A stretch of 64,000 nucleotides of DNA from Thermoplasmata archaeon (GTDB lineage Archaea; Thermoplasmatota; Thermoplasmata; Lutacidiplasmatales; UBA184). Every line of letters begins with the position of its first letter. The stretch's first letter is position 1. Positions 1 to 9,713 of the stretch are shown here, piece by piece. The translations under genes were made by a program, and so were the position numbers. The notes beneath the pieces are model-generated. The model ran no database searches and was not told where the DNA came from. It worked only from the letters and a program-made list of their open reading frames with translations. The stretch spans positions 38,965-102,964 of the forward strand of contig JAKBSJ010000002.1 in assembly GCA_021844945.1 (NCBI GenBank), read 5' to 3'.

Positions 1-902
1 TCGCGTTCCCCTTCCGCGCGGCCGGGTTCAGTTCTCCGAGCGAAGGCACGAATCTGTACACGCCCCTCCTGCTCGTCGCCGCGGTGGTGATCGTACCGAT
101 CGTCCTTCTTCTGCTCGCCCGTCGGCACGACGTGATGAGCGGCGTCCGCTGGATCCTCCTGATCGCGATCGGGGGAGCGCTCTACATCACGCTGATCGAG
201 ACCCTCTCCATCGTGATCCCGGTGGGCTACCCGCTCGCGCCGTACGCCCTCGGCCTCGTCGTCTACCCGTCGATCGGCCTAGCGGCGGCGATCGCGGTCC
301 TCCTGTTCCTCGGGCTCGCGATGGAGCCGCAATGGTACGTCGTGGATATCGCAGGGTTCGTCGCGGCCGCGAGCGTGATCGCGATCCTCGGCGGTTCGTT
401 CGCGATCCTCCCCGTCTTCGTCCTCCTCGTGGCGCTCGCGGTCTACGATTACATCGCGGTCTATCGGACGAAGCACATGCTCCGCCTGGCCGACCTCGCG
501 GTCGACATGAAGCTCCCGATCCTGATGGTAATGCCGGAAGACCCCCGCTACGACTATCCGGGCTCCCCGACCCTTTCCGAGATCCGCCAGGCTCCCGTCG
601 AGGAACGCGGGGCGCTGTTCATGGGCCTCGGCGACGTAGTGATCCCGGGCATCCTGGTGGCGGCGGCCTTCGTCTGGCTCCCCGCGAGCCCCTCGATCCT
701 AGCGGTCCCGGCGAGCCTCTGGACGGCGATCGGGACCCTCATCGGGTCGCTGATCGGGTACGCCATCCTGATGCGCATGGTCTTGAAGGGGACCGCGCAG
801 GCCGGCCTGCCGTTGCTCAACAGCGGAGCGATCCTCGGCTACGTCCTGACCTTCGCCCTAGTGTACCATTCGTTCGGGTTCGGGTTCACGGGAGCGCTTT
901 AA
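1..902 (+). CDS. Presenilin / signal-peptide-peptidase-like intramembrane aspartyl protease (A22 family), probably 5'-truncated by the window edge
   Basis: Polytopic membrane ORF with the two catalytic motifs YD (AVYDYIAVY) and GLGD (FMGLGDVVIPG) in separate hydrophobic segments. The frame stays open back to nt 3. No in-frame ATG/GTG lies upstream of the GTG at 84, and the upstream residues complete a TM helix. Confidence 0.7.
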   Translation, partial: AFPFRAAGFSSPSEGTNLYTPLLLVAAVVIVPIVLLLLARRHDVMSGVRWILLIAIGGALYITLIETLSIVIPVGYPLAPYALGLVVYPSIGLAAAIAVLLFLGLAMEPQWYVVDIAGFVAAASVIAILGGSFAILPVFVLLVALAVYDYIAVYRTKHMLRLADLAVDMKLPILMVMPEDPRYDYPGSPTLSEIRQAPVEERGALFMGLGDVVIPGILVAAAFVWLPASPSILAVPASLWTAIGTLIGSLIGYAILMRMVLKGTAQAGLPLLNSGAILGYVLTFALVYHSFGFGFTGAL

Positions 903-924
903 GCGCGGCCGCATCCTGCGGAGC

Positions 925-1866
925 GTGCCGCGCCGGGTCGAGGACATCCAAATCAACGACGGCCCGACCCTCGATACGCTCGTGCGCCGCATGGGCGCCG
1001 GGGGCGGTTTCAGCGCGAAGGCGATCTCGGACGGCGTCGACATCCTCGCCCGCATCCTCGCGGACGAGGAGATGACCGTCTTCCTATCGTTCCCGGCCGA
1101 TGTCGTCGCGACGGGGCTGCGCGGTGTCCTGGCGACGCTGGTGCGCGAGGGGTACGTCGATGCGGTCGTCACGACCTGCGGCACGCTCGATCACGACCTC
1201 GCGCGGTCGTTCCGGCCCTACTACCATGGCGAGTGGAACCTGGACGACGCCGACCTGCATCGCCGCCATCTCTACCGTCTGGGCAACCTCGTGATCCCGG
1301 AGGCGAACTACGGGACGATCATCGAACGGAAGATGCGGCCAATCCTGGCCGGGCTCTACCGGAAGGGGACGCGGGCCCTCTCCACGCGAGCGCTCTCCCG
1401 TGCGATCGGGGATTCCCTACCGGCCGGCGCGACCTCGAGCATCCTCCGCGCCGCGGCGGATCGGAACGTGCCGGTCTTCGTGCCGGGAATCACGGACGGC
1501 GCAGTCGGCTCCCAGGTCTGGCTCTTCTGGCAGGATCATAAGGACCTCTACCTCGACCTGCTGAGGGACGAACAGGACCTGAGCGACCTCGTGTACGGAG
1601 CGCGGCGGTCCGGCGCAATCCTGCTCGGGGGCGGGATCTCCAAGCACCATACGATCTGGTGGAACCAGTTCCGCGACGGGCTGGACGCCGCCCTCTACCT
1701 CACGACGGCCGTGGAATGGGACGGTAGTCTCTCGGGAGCGCGCACGCGCGAGGCAATCAGTTGGGGTAAGGTGAAACCGAACGCACGGCACGCGACGATC
1801 GACGGCGACGTAACGGCGCTCTTTCCATTGATGGTCGGAGCCGCCTTCGAACGCCTCCGCCGGTAG
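925..1866 (+). CDS. dys: Deoxyhypusine synthase
   Basis: 313-aa ORF with family-typical blocks (GGFSAK, VVTTCGTLDHD, PGITDGAVGS) and a C-terminal EAISWGK carrying the catalytic Lys. Confidence 0.85.
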   Translation: MPRRVEDIQINDGPTLDTLVRRMGAGGGFSAKAISDGVDILARILADEEMTVFLSFPADVVATGLRGVLATLVREGYVDAVVTTCGTLDHDLARSFRPYYHGEWNLDDADLHRRHLYRLGNLVIPEANYGTIIERKMRPILAGLYRKGTRALSTRALSRAIGDSLPAGATSSILRAAADRNVPVFVPGITDGAVGSQVWLFWQDHKDLYLDLLRDEQDLSDLVYGARRSGAILLGGGISKHHTIWWNQFRDGLDAALYLTTAVEWDGSLSGARTREAISWGKVKPNARHATIDGDVTALFPLMVGAAFERLRR

Positions 1867-1925
1867 GGTTACCCTCAGGCTCGTAGACCTTATGGCGCTG
1901 GCCGGGTCCACCGGCGCCGTGCCGC

Positions 1926-1998
1926 GGGCCCGTAGCTCAGTCGGCAGAGCAGGCGGCTCTTAACCGCAAGGTCAGGGGTTCGAGCCCCCTCGGGCCCG
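1926..1998 (+). tRNA. tRNA-Lys (anticodon CUU)
   Basis: Hand-folded cloverleaf. Acceptor gggcccg/cgggccc, D-arm gctcagtcggcagagc, anticodon loop cuCUUaa, T-arm ggggttcgagccccc. No encoded CCA. Confidence 0.9.
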
Positions 1999-2306
1999 TG
2001 GACGAATCCGCCAGGATTCGGCCCCACGTACGTGACCCCGCCGCTACTCCGTCTATCGCATCCATCGCTGGAACCCATGAGCAACCCATCGGTTACCGTA
2101 GACCGGGAAGCCTACGACCTCCGGCGGGGCCAAGGACGCCCGGCGGCTCCGGTTCGCGGGGGACCGGGGCGCCCGGGCCCATGCCGGGCCACTCGCGGCG
2201 TCGATCGCACCTTCCTCGAGGCGCCGTTTCCGTCATGGCCCGTGCCGGCGCCGGTCTATATTCGCTATGGATGTCACTATCTGTCAGTGCATACTAACGA
2301 GACTTT

Positions 2307-2315
2307 CTATTAATT
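2307..2315 (+). promoter_or_regulatory. TATA-like box upstream of the MFS transporter gene
   Basis: AT-rich ctattaatt in an otherwise GC-rich context, about 25 nt upstream of ATG 2340. Compatible with a leaderless mRNA. Confidence 0.4.
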
Positions 2316-2339
2316 CAATCCGAGCGTCGGCCTAGTGGT

Positions 2340-3899
2340 ATGAGGGGGCGAACGACGGCAGCGACGCCCGAAGCGCCCCCTTCCGCTAATGGGGAAACTC
2401 TTCTGGGTCCCATGGACCGAACCGGACTGAACCGGTTCCACGCCAAGACCATTCTGATCGCCGGCATGGGGTTCTTCACCGATGCCTACGATCTGTTCGT
2501 CATCGGACTCATCGCCGCGTTGTTCGCATTCTACAAGCCCTTCGCCATCCCGGATTCGTTGTTCTCCCTGCCGTTCGGCGGCTCCGCGGGAGTGATCTCC
2601 GGAATTGCTCTGATCAGTTCGGCCGCGATCTTCGGAGCCGTCATCGGACCGATGATCTTCGGCAACCTCGGTGACCGGTTCGGGCGAAAGACCGTCTACG
2701 GGATCGAGATGCTTGTCCTCGTCATCGGAGCGCTCGCCTCGGGACTGGCGTGGAGCTTTGCCTCCTTAGTCGCGTTCCGCCTCCTCGTGGGGGTCGGGGT
2801 CGGTGGAGACTATCCCATGAGCTCCACGATCATGAGCGAGTACTCCAATGTTCGGGACCGGGGAAAGCTCGTCGGCACGGTCTTCGCCATGCAAGGGTTC
2901 GGTCTTCTCGCCGGGGTCGCGCTCGGAGTGGGTCTCCTCCTGTGGATCCCCAACTCGCCCGACCTGATCTGGAGGATTCTCCTGATGGCGGGAGCGGTCC
3001 CCGCCGCCGCGGTCTTCTACTTCCGCCGCCGGCTCCCCGAGAGCCCCCGGTACAGCTTGTTCGTCGAGCGGCAGTCGGAGAAGACGGCGCGAACGGTCCG
3101 TGCGGTCACCGGGGTCACCGTGGCGCCGCCGAGCGGGTCGGTCGGGAGGAGCGAGCGGAACGCGGGTACGTTCTTTCGCAAGTATTGGCCCCTGGTCTTA
3201 GGGACTGCGTTCGCATGGTTCTTGTTCGATATCTCGTTCTACGGAACGAGCATCTACACTCCCACGCTCATCAGTTCGTTGAGCCTGGCCTACGCGCCGC
3301 ATCTCACCGCGATCCAGCACTTGACGATCGCCGAGGAATACACGGCCGTCATCACCCTGCTCTTCACCATCCCGGGCTACTGGATCGCGGTCGCGCTGAT
3401 TGATCGGGTGGGCCGTCGCACGCTCCAGCTCGTCGGCTTCGGGATCATGGCCCTCGCCTTCGCGGTTCTGGGATTCGTCCCGTCCCTGGTCGCACTCGGC
3501 GCGCCGTTCGCGGCGATCTACGGCCTCACATTCCTGTTCGGGAACATGGGCCCCAACACCACGACCTTCGTCGTGCCGACGGAGGTCTTTCCGACCCAAT
3601 ATCGATCGACCGGCCATGGAATTGCGGCGGGAGCTGGAAAGGTCGGGGCCGCCATCAGCACGCTGCTCTTTGCGGCCCTCGTCGCGATTTGGAGTCCGTC
3701 GGGCATGATGCTCTTCCTTGCCATCATCGCTCTGGCGGGAGTAATCGTCACCTTTATCCTGATCCCGGAAACGATGCGCCGGACCCTCGAAACGACCTCC
3801 CAGCAGGAGATGTTCCAGCAGGCCCTCGCCGCACCTGCCGCAACTCCGCCTTCTACGGTGAAAGACATAGGCGCCTCTACCGAACTGCGGTCCGAGTAG
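2340..3899 (+). CDS. MFS transporter, inorganic phosphate:H+ symporter (PHS/Pho84-like) family
   Basis: 12-TM-like profile. Contains the PHS-type motif GFFTDAYDLFVIG, the MFS loop motif GDRFGRK, and PESPRY after TM6. Confidence 0.7.
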   Translation: MRGRTTAATPEAPPSANGETLLGPMDRTGLNRFHAKTILIAGMGFFTDAYDLFVIGLIAALFAFYKPFAIPDSLFSLPFGGSAGVISGIALISSAAIFGAVIGPMIFGNLGDRFGRKTVYGIEMLVLVIGALASGLAWSFASLVAFRLLVGVGVGGDYPMSSTIMSEYSNVRDRGKLVGTVFAMQGFGLLAGVALGVGLLLWIPNSPDLIWRILLMAGAVPAAAVFYFRRRLPESPRYSLFVERQSEKTARTVRAVTGVTVAPPSGSVGRSERNAGTFFRKYWPLVLGTAFAWFLFDISFYGTSIYTPTLISSLSLAYAPHLTAIQHLTIAEEYTAVITLLFTIPGYWIAVALIDRVGRRTLQLVGFGIMALAFAVLGFVPSLVALGAPFAAIYGLTFLFGNMGPNTTTFVVPTEVFPTQYRSTGHGIAAGAGKVGAAISTLLFAALVAIWSPSGMMLFLAIIALAGVIVTFILIPETMRRTLETTSQQEMFQQALAAPAATPPSTVKDIGASTELRSE

Positions 3900-4125
3900 A
3901 CGGCTCCCGATTCCCCGATCCGAGGAGTCGCCTCTTTTTGACCCCCGGCCTTCCCGGACTCTTCTCGGAGGCGCGGGGACTCTCGGCATGTTCGATGATC
4001 GGCTCTTTGAAAGTCGTTGGGTCCGGTGGCCGGGCGGAGAGGGAGAACGGGATGGAGCGCTTGGCACGAGAGGTTCTGCGTGCGGGCAAAGATAGTACCG
4101 GCCCGGGTCCGTGGGTGCCGGCGCC

Positions 4126-5343
4126 CTAGCGCGATTCGGGTCCCGTGCCGGGATTCCCCGCCGCGAGGAACGGGATTCCGGAGCCGGTGTTGTAGAGGAG
4201 CACGCGCTCGCCCGGACGTAGCGCGCCGCGGGCCAGAAGCGGTGCGAGCGCGGCGAACGGCGCTGCGCCCTCCGGAGAGGCGGAAACGCCGTGGCGCTGC
4301 CCGAGATCTCGGACCGCGTCCAGGATCGATGCATCGGAGACCGTGATCCCTCCGCCTCGGCTCTCCCGCAGAGCCTCGAGGACCCGCTCGGATCCGAACG
4401 GTGCCGGCACGAGCAGCCCGGGGGCGACGGTCTGGGCATCGTTCCACGGACGTGCTCGGGCATCTCCCTCGTTCAGCGCGCGGACGATCGGGGCACATCC
4501 GTCGGGTTGAACAGCGTAGAGCCGGGGCATCCGGTCGAGCAGGCCCAGCTCAATGAGCTGGAGAAACGCGCGGAACATCCCAATGACCCCCGTGCCGCCA
4601 CCGGTCGGATACAGGATCGCATCCGGCATGCGGTCGGGCGCCATCTCCTCCCAGATCTCGAGGCCCATCGTCTTCTTTCCCTCGGCCCGGAACGGCTCGC
4701 GAAGCGTGGACATGTCGAGCGCCCCGGTCGCTGCTTCGGCGGTGCGGGCGGCGATCCCCGCCTCTCGTATGGTCGCGCCCTCCCGCACCACTTCGGCGCT
4801 GTAGAGCCGGCAGGCCGATTCCATCACGGCGGGCGTTCCGGTAGGCAAGTAGATCCGTGCGGTCGCGCCGGCCCGTGCGGCGCAGGCGGCCAGCGCGACA
4901 CCGGCGTTGCCGGCGCTCGGAACGAAGAACTGGCGAACGCCCAGTTCCCCAGCGCGGGAGACGGCCACGCTCATTCCCCGGATCTTGAACGAACCCGTGG
5001 GAAGCAGGCCGTCGTCCTTCAGCCATACCTCAAGCCCGTCCGCACGGGGAACCGTGCCGAGCTCGATCACGGGAGTGAACCCTTCGCCCAGCGTGACGAT
5101 CGATCGATCGTCCTTCACGGGCAGCAGCTCGCGGTACCGCCACAGCGTGGCAGCGCGATGGGCCAGTGCCTCTCTCCAGGCGTGAGCCTCCCAATGGGCG
5201 AGGTCGTACGTCGCGAAGAGCGGCCCAGAGCAGGTCGGACAGACGGTCTGGACCGCGTCGGAGGAAAGAGTCGTACCACACGCGCGGCACTCGAGCAGTG
5301 CCAGCCGAGATCCGGTAGCGGTCATCGTTCTGGCCGGGACCAC
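4126..5343 (-). CDS. thrC: Threonine synthase
   Basis: N-terminal Cys4 zinc ribbon (CRACG...CPTCSG) followed by a PLP-dependent beta-family fold with the Lys motif GSFKIRG and a GGGTG-type loop (PTGGGTGVIG). Confidence 0.8.
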   Translation of the reverse strand: MVPARTMTATGSRLALLECRACGTTLSSDAVQTVCPTCSGPLFATYDLAHWEAHAWREALAHRAATLWRYRELLPVKDDRSIVTLGEGFTPVIELGTVPRADGLEVWLKDDGLLPTGSFKIRGMSVAVSRAGELGVRQFFVPSAGNAGVALAACAARAGATARIYLPTGTPAVMESACRLYSAEVVREGATIREAGIAARTAEAATGALDMSTLREPFRAEGKKTMGLEIWEEMAPDRMPDAILYPTGGGTGVIGMFRAFLQLIELGLLDRMPRLYAVQPDGCAPIVRALNEGDARARPWNDAQTVAPGLLVPAPFGSERVLEALRESRGGGITVSDASILDAVRDLGQRHGVSASPEGAAPFAALAPLLARGALRPGERVLLYNTGSGIPFLAAGNPGTGPESR

Positions 5344-5416
5344 CCCTCTCCCATAGAAGACGGGTTGGGAAGGATTGACTGAGTGCTTAACAGGCCGCCG
5401 TCACTCCTTTTTGGCG

Positions 5417-7033
5417 ATGGCGCTGAAGCCGATTCGAGAGGTGGCCGAGTCGCTAGGAATACCCGAGGGGTCATGGATCCCGTATGGTCGCTCGATTGCG
5501 AAGGTCGATCCGGCCGCGGAGTCACGGCAGTCCGGCCGCTCGAACGGGCGCATCGTCTTGGTCACCGGAATGACGCCGGGCCATGAGGGCGTCGGCAAGA
5601 CCGTGACCACGCTGGGGCTCGTCGAAGGGCTCACGCGACGGGGCGTTCGCGCGATCGCCCTTCTCCGTCAACCGTCCCTCGGCCCGGTGTTCGGGATCAA
5701 GGGCGGCGGCGCGGGCGGAGGACGGGCGACCGTCGAACCTCAGGCCGAAGTGAACCTGGGGCTCACCGGGGACATCGACGCCGTCACGAACGCGCACAAT
5801 CTTCTCGCCGCCCTCATCGACAACCACCTCCACCACGGTAACCCGCTGGGCATCGATCCGGCGACGATCGCATGGCCGCGTGCCCTCGACGTAGAGGACC
5901 GGGCCCTTCGGGACATCGAGGTCGGAGCCGGGCCCGGCAACGGACCGGTGCGCCGGTCCTCGTTCGTGGTCACGGCCGCCTCCGAGATCATGGCGACCCT
6001 GGGACTCGCGCGTGATGCCGCCGACCTCAAGTCCCGCTTGGAACGGATCCGGGTCGGTCTCGATCACACCGGTCGTGTGGTTCGCGCCGGGGACCTCTCG
6101 GCCGGAGGATCGATGGCGGCCATCTTGCGGCGCGCTCGATGGCCCAATCTCCTCCAGACCTCCGAAGGGAGTCCCGTGCTCGTTCACGGCGGCCCCTTCG
6201 GCAATCTCTCCTACGGGACCACGACCCTCGCATCGATCGAGCTTGCGCGCCGACTGGCCGACGTGGTGGTCGTCGAAGCCGGATTCGGATCCGACCTCGG
6301 CGGGGAAAAGTTCGTGGACATCGTCGCTCCGCAGAGCGGCGCGTTCCCTTCGGCCGCGGTGCTGGTCAGCAGTCTCCCGGCGCTGCACGGGCATGCGCCG
6401 GGAGCGGTCGGAGCGGGTTCGCTCGACGCGGGTCTGGAGAACCTCGACCAGCACATTCGGAACCTTCGATCCTTCGGACTGGACCCGGTGATTGCACTCA
6501 ACCGCTTCGCGAACGACGATCCCCGCGAGATCGCGATGGTGCGCTCGTTCTGCACCGGAGCTTCGGTCGCCATCGAGGAAGGGACCGGATTTTTGAACGG
6601 GGGTGCCGGGATGGAGGGGATCGCGGAAGCGACCGTGACGGCGCTGTCCCGCGGCCAGACGGCACGGCCGATCGTCCGTGGGACGCAGTCGCTACCCGAA
6701 CAGGTCGACACGATCGTGCGGACCTGCTACGCTGGAGACGGGGTCGACCTGTCTCCCGAGGCCGAGCACGAGCTGGAGGACCCTTCGGCTCTCGAGACAG
6801 TGCACGGACCGGTATGCGTGGCCAAGACGCCGCTCTCGTTGACCGACGATCCGCATCGTTTGGGACGGCCTCGCGGGTACCGGGTGCATGTCCGGAGGTG
6901 GGTCCCGGCCAGTGGGGCCGGGTACACGGTCGCGCTGCTCGGTGAGATCCAGACCATGCCCGGACTGCCCACCGAGCCCCGGGCCACCCGGATCACGGTC
7001 GACGAGCACGGAGAGCCCGTCGGGGTTACCTGA
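5417..7033 (+). CDS. fhs: Formate--tetrahydrofolate ligase
   Basis: N-terminus MALKPIREVAESLGI..YGRSIAKV and P-loop-like GMTPGHEGVGKTVTTLGL are typical of FTHFS. Start moved to the internal ATG at 5417, which matches family N-termini. Confidence 0.85.
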   Translation: MALKPIREVAESLGIPEGSWIPYGRSIAKVDPAAESRQSGRSNGRIVLVTGMTPGHEGVGKTVTTLGLVEGLTRRGVRAIALLRQPSLGPVFGIKGGGAGGGRATVEPQAEVNLGLTGDIDAVTNAHNLLAALIDNHLHHGNPLGIDPATIAWPRALDVEDRALRDIEVGAGPGNGPVRRSSFVVTAASEIMATLGLARDAADLKSRLERIRVGLDHTGRVVRAGDLSAGGSMAAILRRARWPNLLQTSEGSPVLVHGGPFGNLSYGTTTLASIELARRLADVVVVEAGFGSDLGGEKFVDIVAPQSGAFPSAAVLVSSLPALHGHAPGAVGAGSLDAGLENLDQHIRNLRSFGLDPVIALNRFANDDPREIAMVRSFCTGASVAIEEGTGFLNGGAGMEGIAEATVTALSRGQTARPIVRGTQSLPEQVDTIVRTCYAGDGVDLSPEAEHELEDPSALETVHGPVCVAKTPLSLTDDPHRLGRPRGYRVHVRRWVPASGAGYTVALLGEIQTMPGLPTEPRATRITVDEHGEPVGVT

Positions 7034-7059
7034 GCGGGCCGCGACGCGGCGCGGGTCCG

Positions 7060-7773
7060 TTACTGAGAGGGCCACTCGGGCCAAGCATACTGCTTCGAGC
7101 TGTCGAGGAACGCCTGGAGGAGCACCCGCAGCTCGCCGAGCTGGGCTTCGGTGTCCTTGAGCGCGCTCCGCCACTTCGCGACCGCAGCACTCGAGAGGTG
7201 CATGGGAAGACAGGTGTTGGCGAAATCCCACTCGAATCCGGCCCACGCCAGCTCGGACGTGGACAGCCCGACGAGAACGTTGCCAAGAAGCCGGATGTAG
7301 GACTGCGGTCGGAGCGCGTAGCCGTCGAGCAGGGTCCGGATCTCGTTGACCCGGCCGGCGCTCTGCCCCGGCTCGTCCTCCAGCTGGGCGAGGGACAGAC
7401 GGCATTCTTGCGTATGCGATATCGAGGAGCGAGCCACGGTGAACTGACTCACGTGAACGTCGAGCATCCGGTCGACGTACTTCTGCCAGATCGTGAGGCC
7501 CGAGCGCAGGATGTCGGCCGGAACGGGCCTTCCCGCGCTCAGGCTCTGGCCGAGCGCGGACATCCGGCGCAGCAGCGGTTCCAAGATGTCCTGCCGCTCG
7601 CGCTGGAGTTCGTCCATTAGCTCGCGAACGGTCTCGATCGTATCCGAGGGAGTCGATGACGCGGTCGCCGCCTTCAGGACCGTCGGTCGGGAGGCGAGGT
7701 GGAGCGCGGAACGAATACGGGATACCTTCGTGGGAACACTGGACTCGGAGGGCGCGGTCGATGAGTCGTTCAC
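7060..7773 (-). CDS. Hypothetical protein (helical, Ser/Thr-rich N-terminus)
   Basis: 237-aa ORF with normal amino-acid composition, convergent with fhs. No motif I can assign. Confidence 0.5.
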   Translation of the reverse strand: MNDSSTAPSESSVPTKVSRIRSALHLASRPTVLKAATASSTPSDTIETVRELMDELQRERQDILEPLLRRMSALGQSLSAGRPVPADILRSGLTIWQKYVDRMLDVHVSQFTVARSSISHTQECRLSLAQLEDEPGQSAGRVNEIRTLLDGYALRPQSYIRLLGNVLVGLSTSELAWAGFEWDFANTCLPMHLSSAAVAKWRSALKDTEAQLGELRVLLQAFLDSSKQYAWPEWPSQ

Positions 7774-7913
7774 GAACGCGAAAGTCGAGCCCGCGCTCTT
7801 GAAGGCCTCGTTAATCGCATCTGACGCACCCGGGCGGACATCCCTCGCCAGGTCGAACGAATTCGACTCCGTCCTTATCTCTTCGCGCTTTGATGATTTT
7901 TTCAGAGGTCCTT

Positions 7914-8477
7914 ATGGTAACACCCTCCACGGTCTCGGGCGTGATGACGCGTCCCGTGATGACGACCCGTCCCGACGCGCGTCTGGATGAGGTGGCGCGT
8001 ACCCTTCGGCAGTTCCACGTTTCGGGCCTGCCGGTAGTCGACGAGATTCAGCGGGTCGTGGGCGTGATCAGCGAGAAGGACATCGCACGGGATCTCCAGC
8101 TGGCCGCGGGGGTGGCTTCCCCCCGGGGGATTCTCGATCTCCTGCTCGAGTCCGCTCCCCCCGGAGGAGAGGGCATCCTCGAGGTCTGCCGGAACCGCCT
8201 GCATAACGCCCGGGTCCGGGATGCGATGACCCATCCGGCGATCACTCTTCGCGAAGACGCACCGATCTCCGACGTCGCCCGGCTGATGCGCGAACACTCG
8301 ATCAACCGCGTGCCCGTAGTCGACTCCGGAGGGAGCCTCGTGGGGATCGTGACCCGGGAAGACCTGCTGGCCGCACTGGGCGTCCGACCCCACCACGAAG
8401 TACGGACGCGGCGGCCACCGCCGTTGGTGAGCCGCGACGAGCGGCGGTCGGAGTCCGACCCGTTCTCCGACGCCTAG
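7914..8477 (+). CDS. CBS domain pair protein
   Basis: Two CBS repeats (VMT..DARLDEVARTLRQFHVSGLPVVD and DAMTHPAITL..ISDVARLMREHSINRVPVVD). Start placed at ATG 7914, about 20 nt after the AT-rich ttgatgattttttc. Confidence 0.75.
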   Translation: MVTPSTVSGVMTRPVMTTRPDARLDEVARTLRQFHVSGLPVVDEIQRVVGVISEKDIARDLQLAAGVASPRGILDLLLESAPPGGEGILEVCRNRLHNARVRDAMTHPAITLREDAPISDVARLMREHSINRVPVVDSGGSLVGIVTREDLLAALGVRPHHEVRTRRPPPLVSRDERRSESDPFSDA

Positions 8478-9068
8478 CCCCCCGGGGGTCGCCGGGACTT
8501 GTCCGCTCCGCATTGCTCCGGAGCCAGCACCTTCGGGCCAGGTCGTCGAGGAGGGGATCCGCCACCAACACGACGGACGATTGTTGGTCGGATCGCGTGC
8601 GAGCATCCCGCGCACTCTCGGTCGCGGATCGTCGCTCGCCGCGGCTTCGAGGTGAAGATCCGGGGCCGAGGCTAGCTCTGGGTCTTCGAGGGTTCGCGTT
8701 ACCGATGCGTCATTCGATCCCGGTGCCTGAGATCGAGAGCCCTTTCACAGAGGATTTCCCGGGGCGGATGGACCGAAATTCGGCAAACGCTTCGTGAGCG
8801 GGCTCGGAATGGTGCATGGGTTGCCGACCATGAGGGATGGTCGCTGCGGAACGGGCCGAGCCGGCTTCAGAGCCGGGCCCGGAGGTCTCTTCTCGATGTT
8901 CCGCAGGACGTGAGCGGTCACGTCCCATCGACGAACGATCGTTCCACGACGCAGGGTTGGCGGGACTTTGCCTCCCGTGTCCTTGGGTTGCGCACGGAAA
9001 GCGGGACCGCGGCTGAGCCTCACCCGTCGGGCGACGTTGGTTATGGGGCCACTCTTGCCCGGGCCCGT

Positions 9069-9713
9069 CTAGGCGAGGTGGGCCCAAACGATGCTGAACG
9101 CGTAGAGCATCGCCGCCAGACCGGCGAGGAATGTCAGTGCCATGAACGCACCGAGAAGGGCCGTCCACATACGCGGGTACTCGGGAGTCTCGGTCGAAGC
9201 GATCGGCTGGACGTTGGGAAACTTCGGTCCCATGATGAACCAGTCGACGAACAGCGTGGGGACGATCGAGCCGATGGCCAGGGCCCCGAACGCGAGGTAA
9301 AGCAGCAGCGTCTCTAGTGGGTCGGACGTCAAGCCCAGCTGATAGGCCCGGACGCCGTAGAGCATGATGCCGCACCCCACGACCACCCCGAACACCCCTA
9401 CGAAGCTGGTCGGCAACCGGAACCAGACCGTGAGGCCGAACGCCCCGATCAGCAGCGCGAACAGCGTGAGCGGATCGAAGAAGAACACGTTGTACGACCC
9501 AAAGAGCGGAAAGGTGAGCTCTCCCCACAGACCTACGATTCCCGCGACGACCGCGAGCACGATCAACACGAACGCGCCCCCTCTAAGTCCGGTCGTGGCG
9601 CGGTCGAGATCCTTGCGTCGGAAGTTGAACCAGACGTAAAACCCCGTATAGAAGACGGTCACGGCGGCGAGGATCAGAAGGTCGACGATCAGAGAGATGT
9701 TGTCGATCGTCAT
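9069..9713 (-). CDS. Integral membrane protein (about 6 TM, DUF981-like guess)
   Basis: 214-aa strongly hydrophobic ORF with a regular TM pattern. The family assignment is only a recollection. Confidence 0.6.
   Translation of the reverse strand: MTIDNISLIVDLLILAAVTVFYTGFYVWFNFRRKDLDRATTGLRGGAFVLIVLAVVAGIVGLWGELTFPLFGSYNVFFFDPLTLFALLIGAFGLTVWFRLPTSFVGVFGVVVGCGIMLYGVRAYQLGLTSDPLETLLLYLAFGALAIGSIVPTLFVDWFIMGPKFPNVQPIASTETPEYPRMWTALLGAFMALTFLAGLAAMLYAFSIVWAHLA

Noticed and set aside
3198-4498. Long minus-strand ORFs of 421 and 326 aa overlapping the MFS transporter and thrC region.
   Set aside because: Their Arg/Pro/Gly/Ser-rich low-complexity translations lie antisense or out of frame to genes with clear family motifs. 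They are typical shadow ORFs of GC-rich DNA.
7941-7975. Tandem direct repeat gtgatgacgcgtccc / gtgatgacgacccgtccc.
   Set aside because: It lies inside the CBS-protein coding frame and encodes VMTRP-VMTTRP. It is a small in-frame duplication, not a regulatory or CRISPR-like repeat.
8478-9068. Assignment of the ORF-poor segment as RNase P RNA, based on the GGAGGCAAAGUCC and ACAAGUCCCGGC motifs on the minus strand.
   Set aside because: The two motifs are similar to each other rather than complementary, so P4 cannot be formed. The CR-I-like motif has an extra C. The span is about twice the usual archaeal size. I keep the segment only as a generic structured-RNA candidate pending cmsearch.
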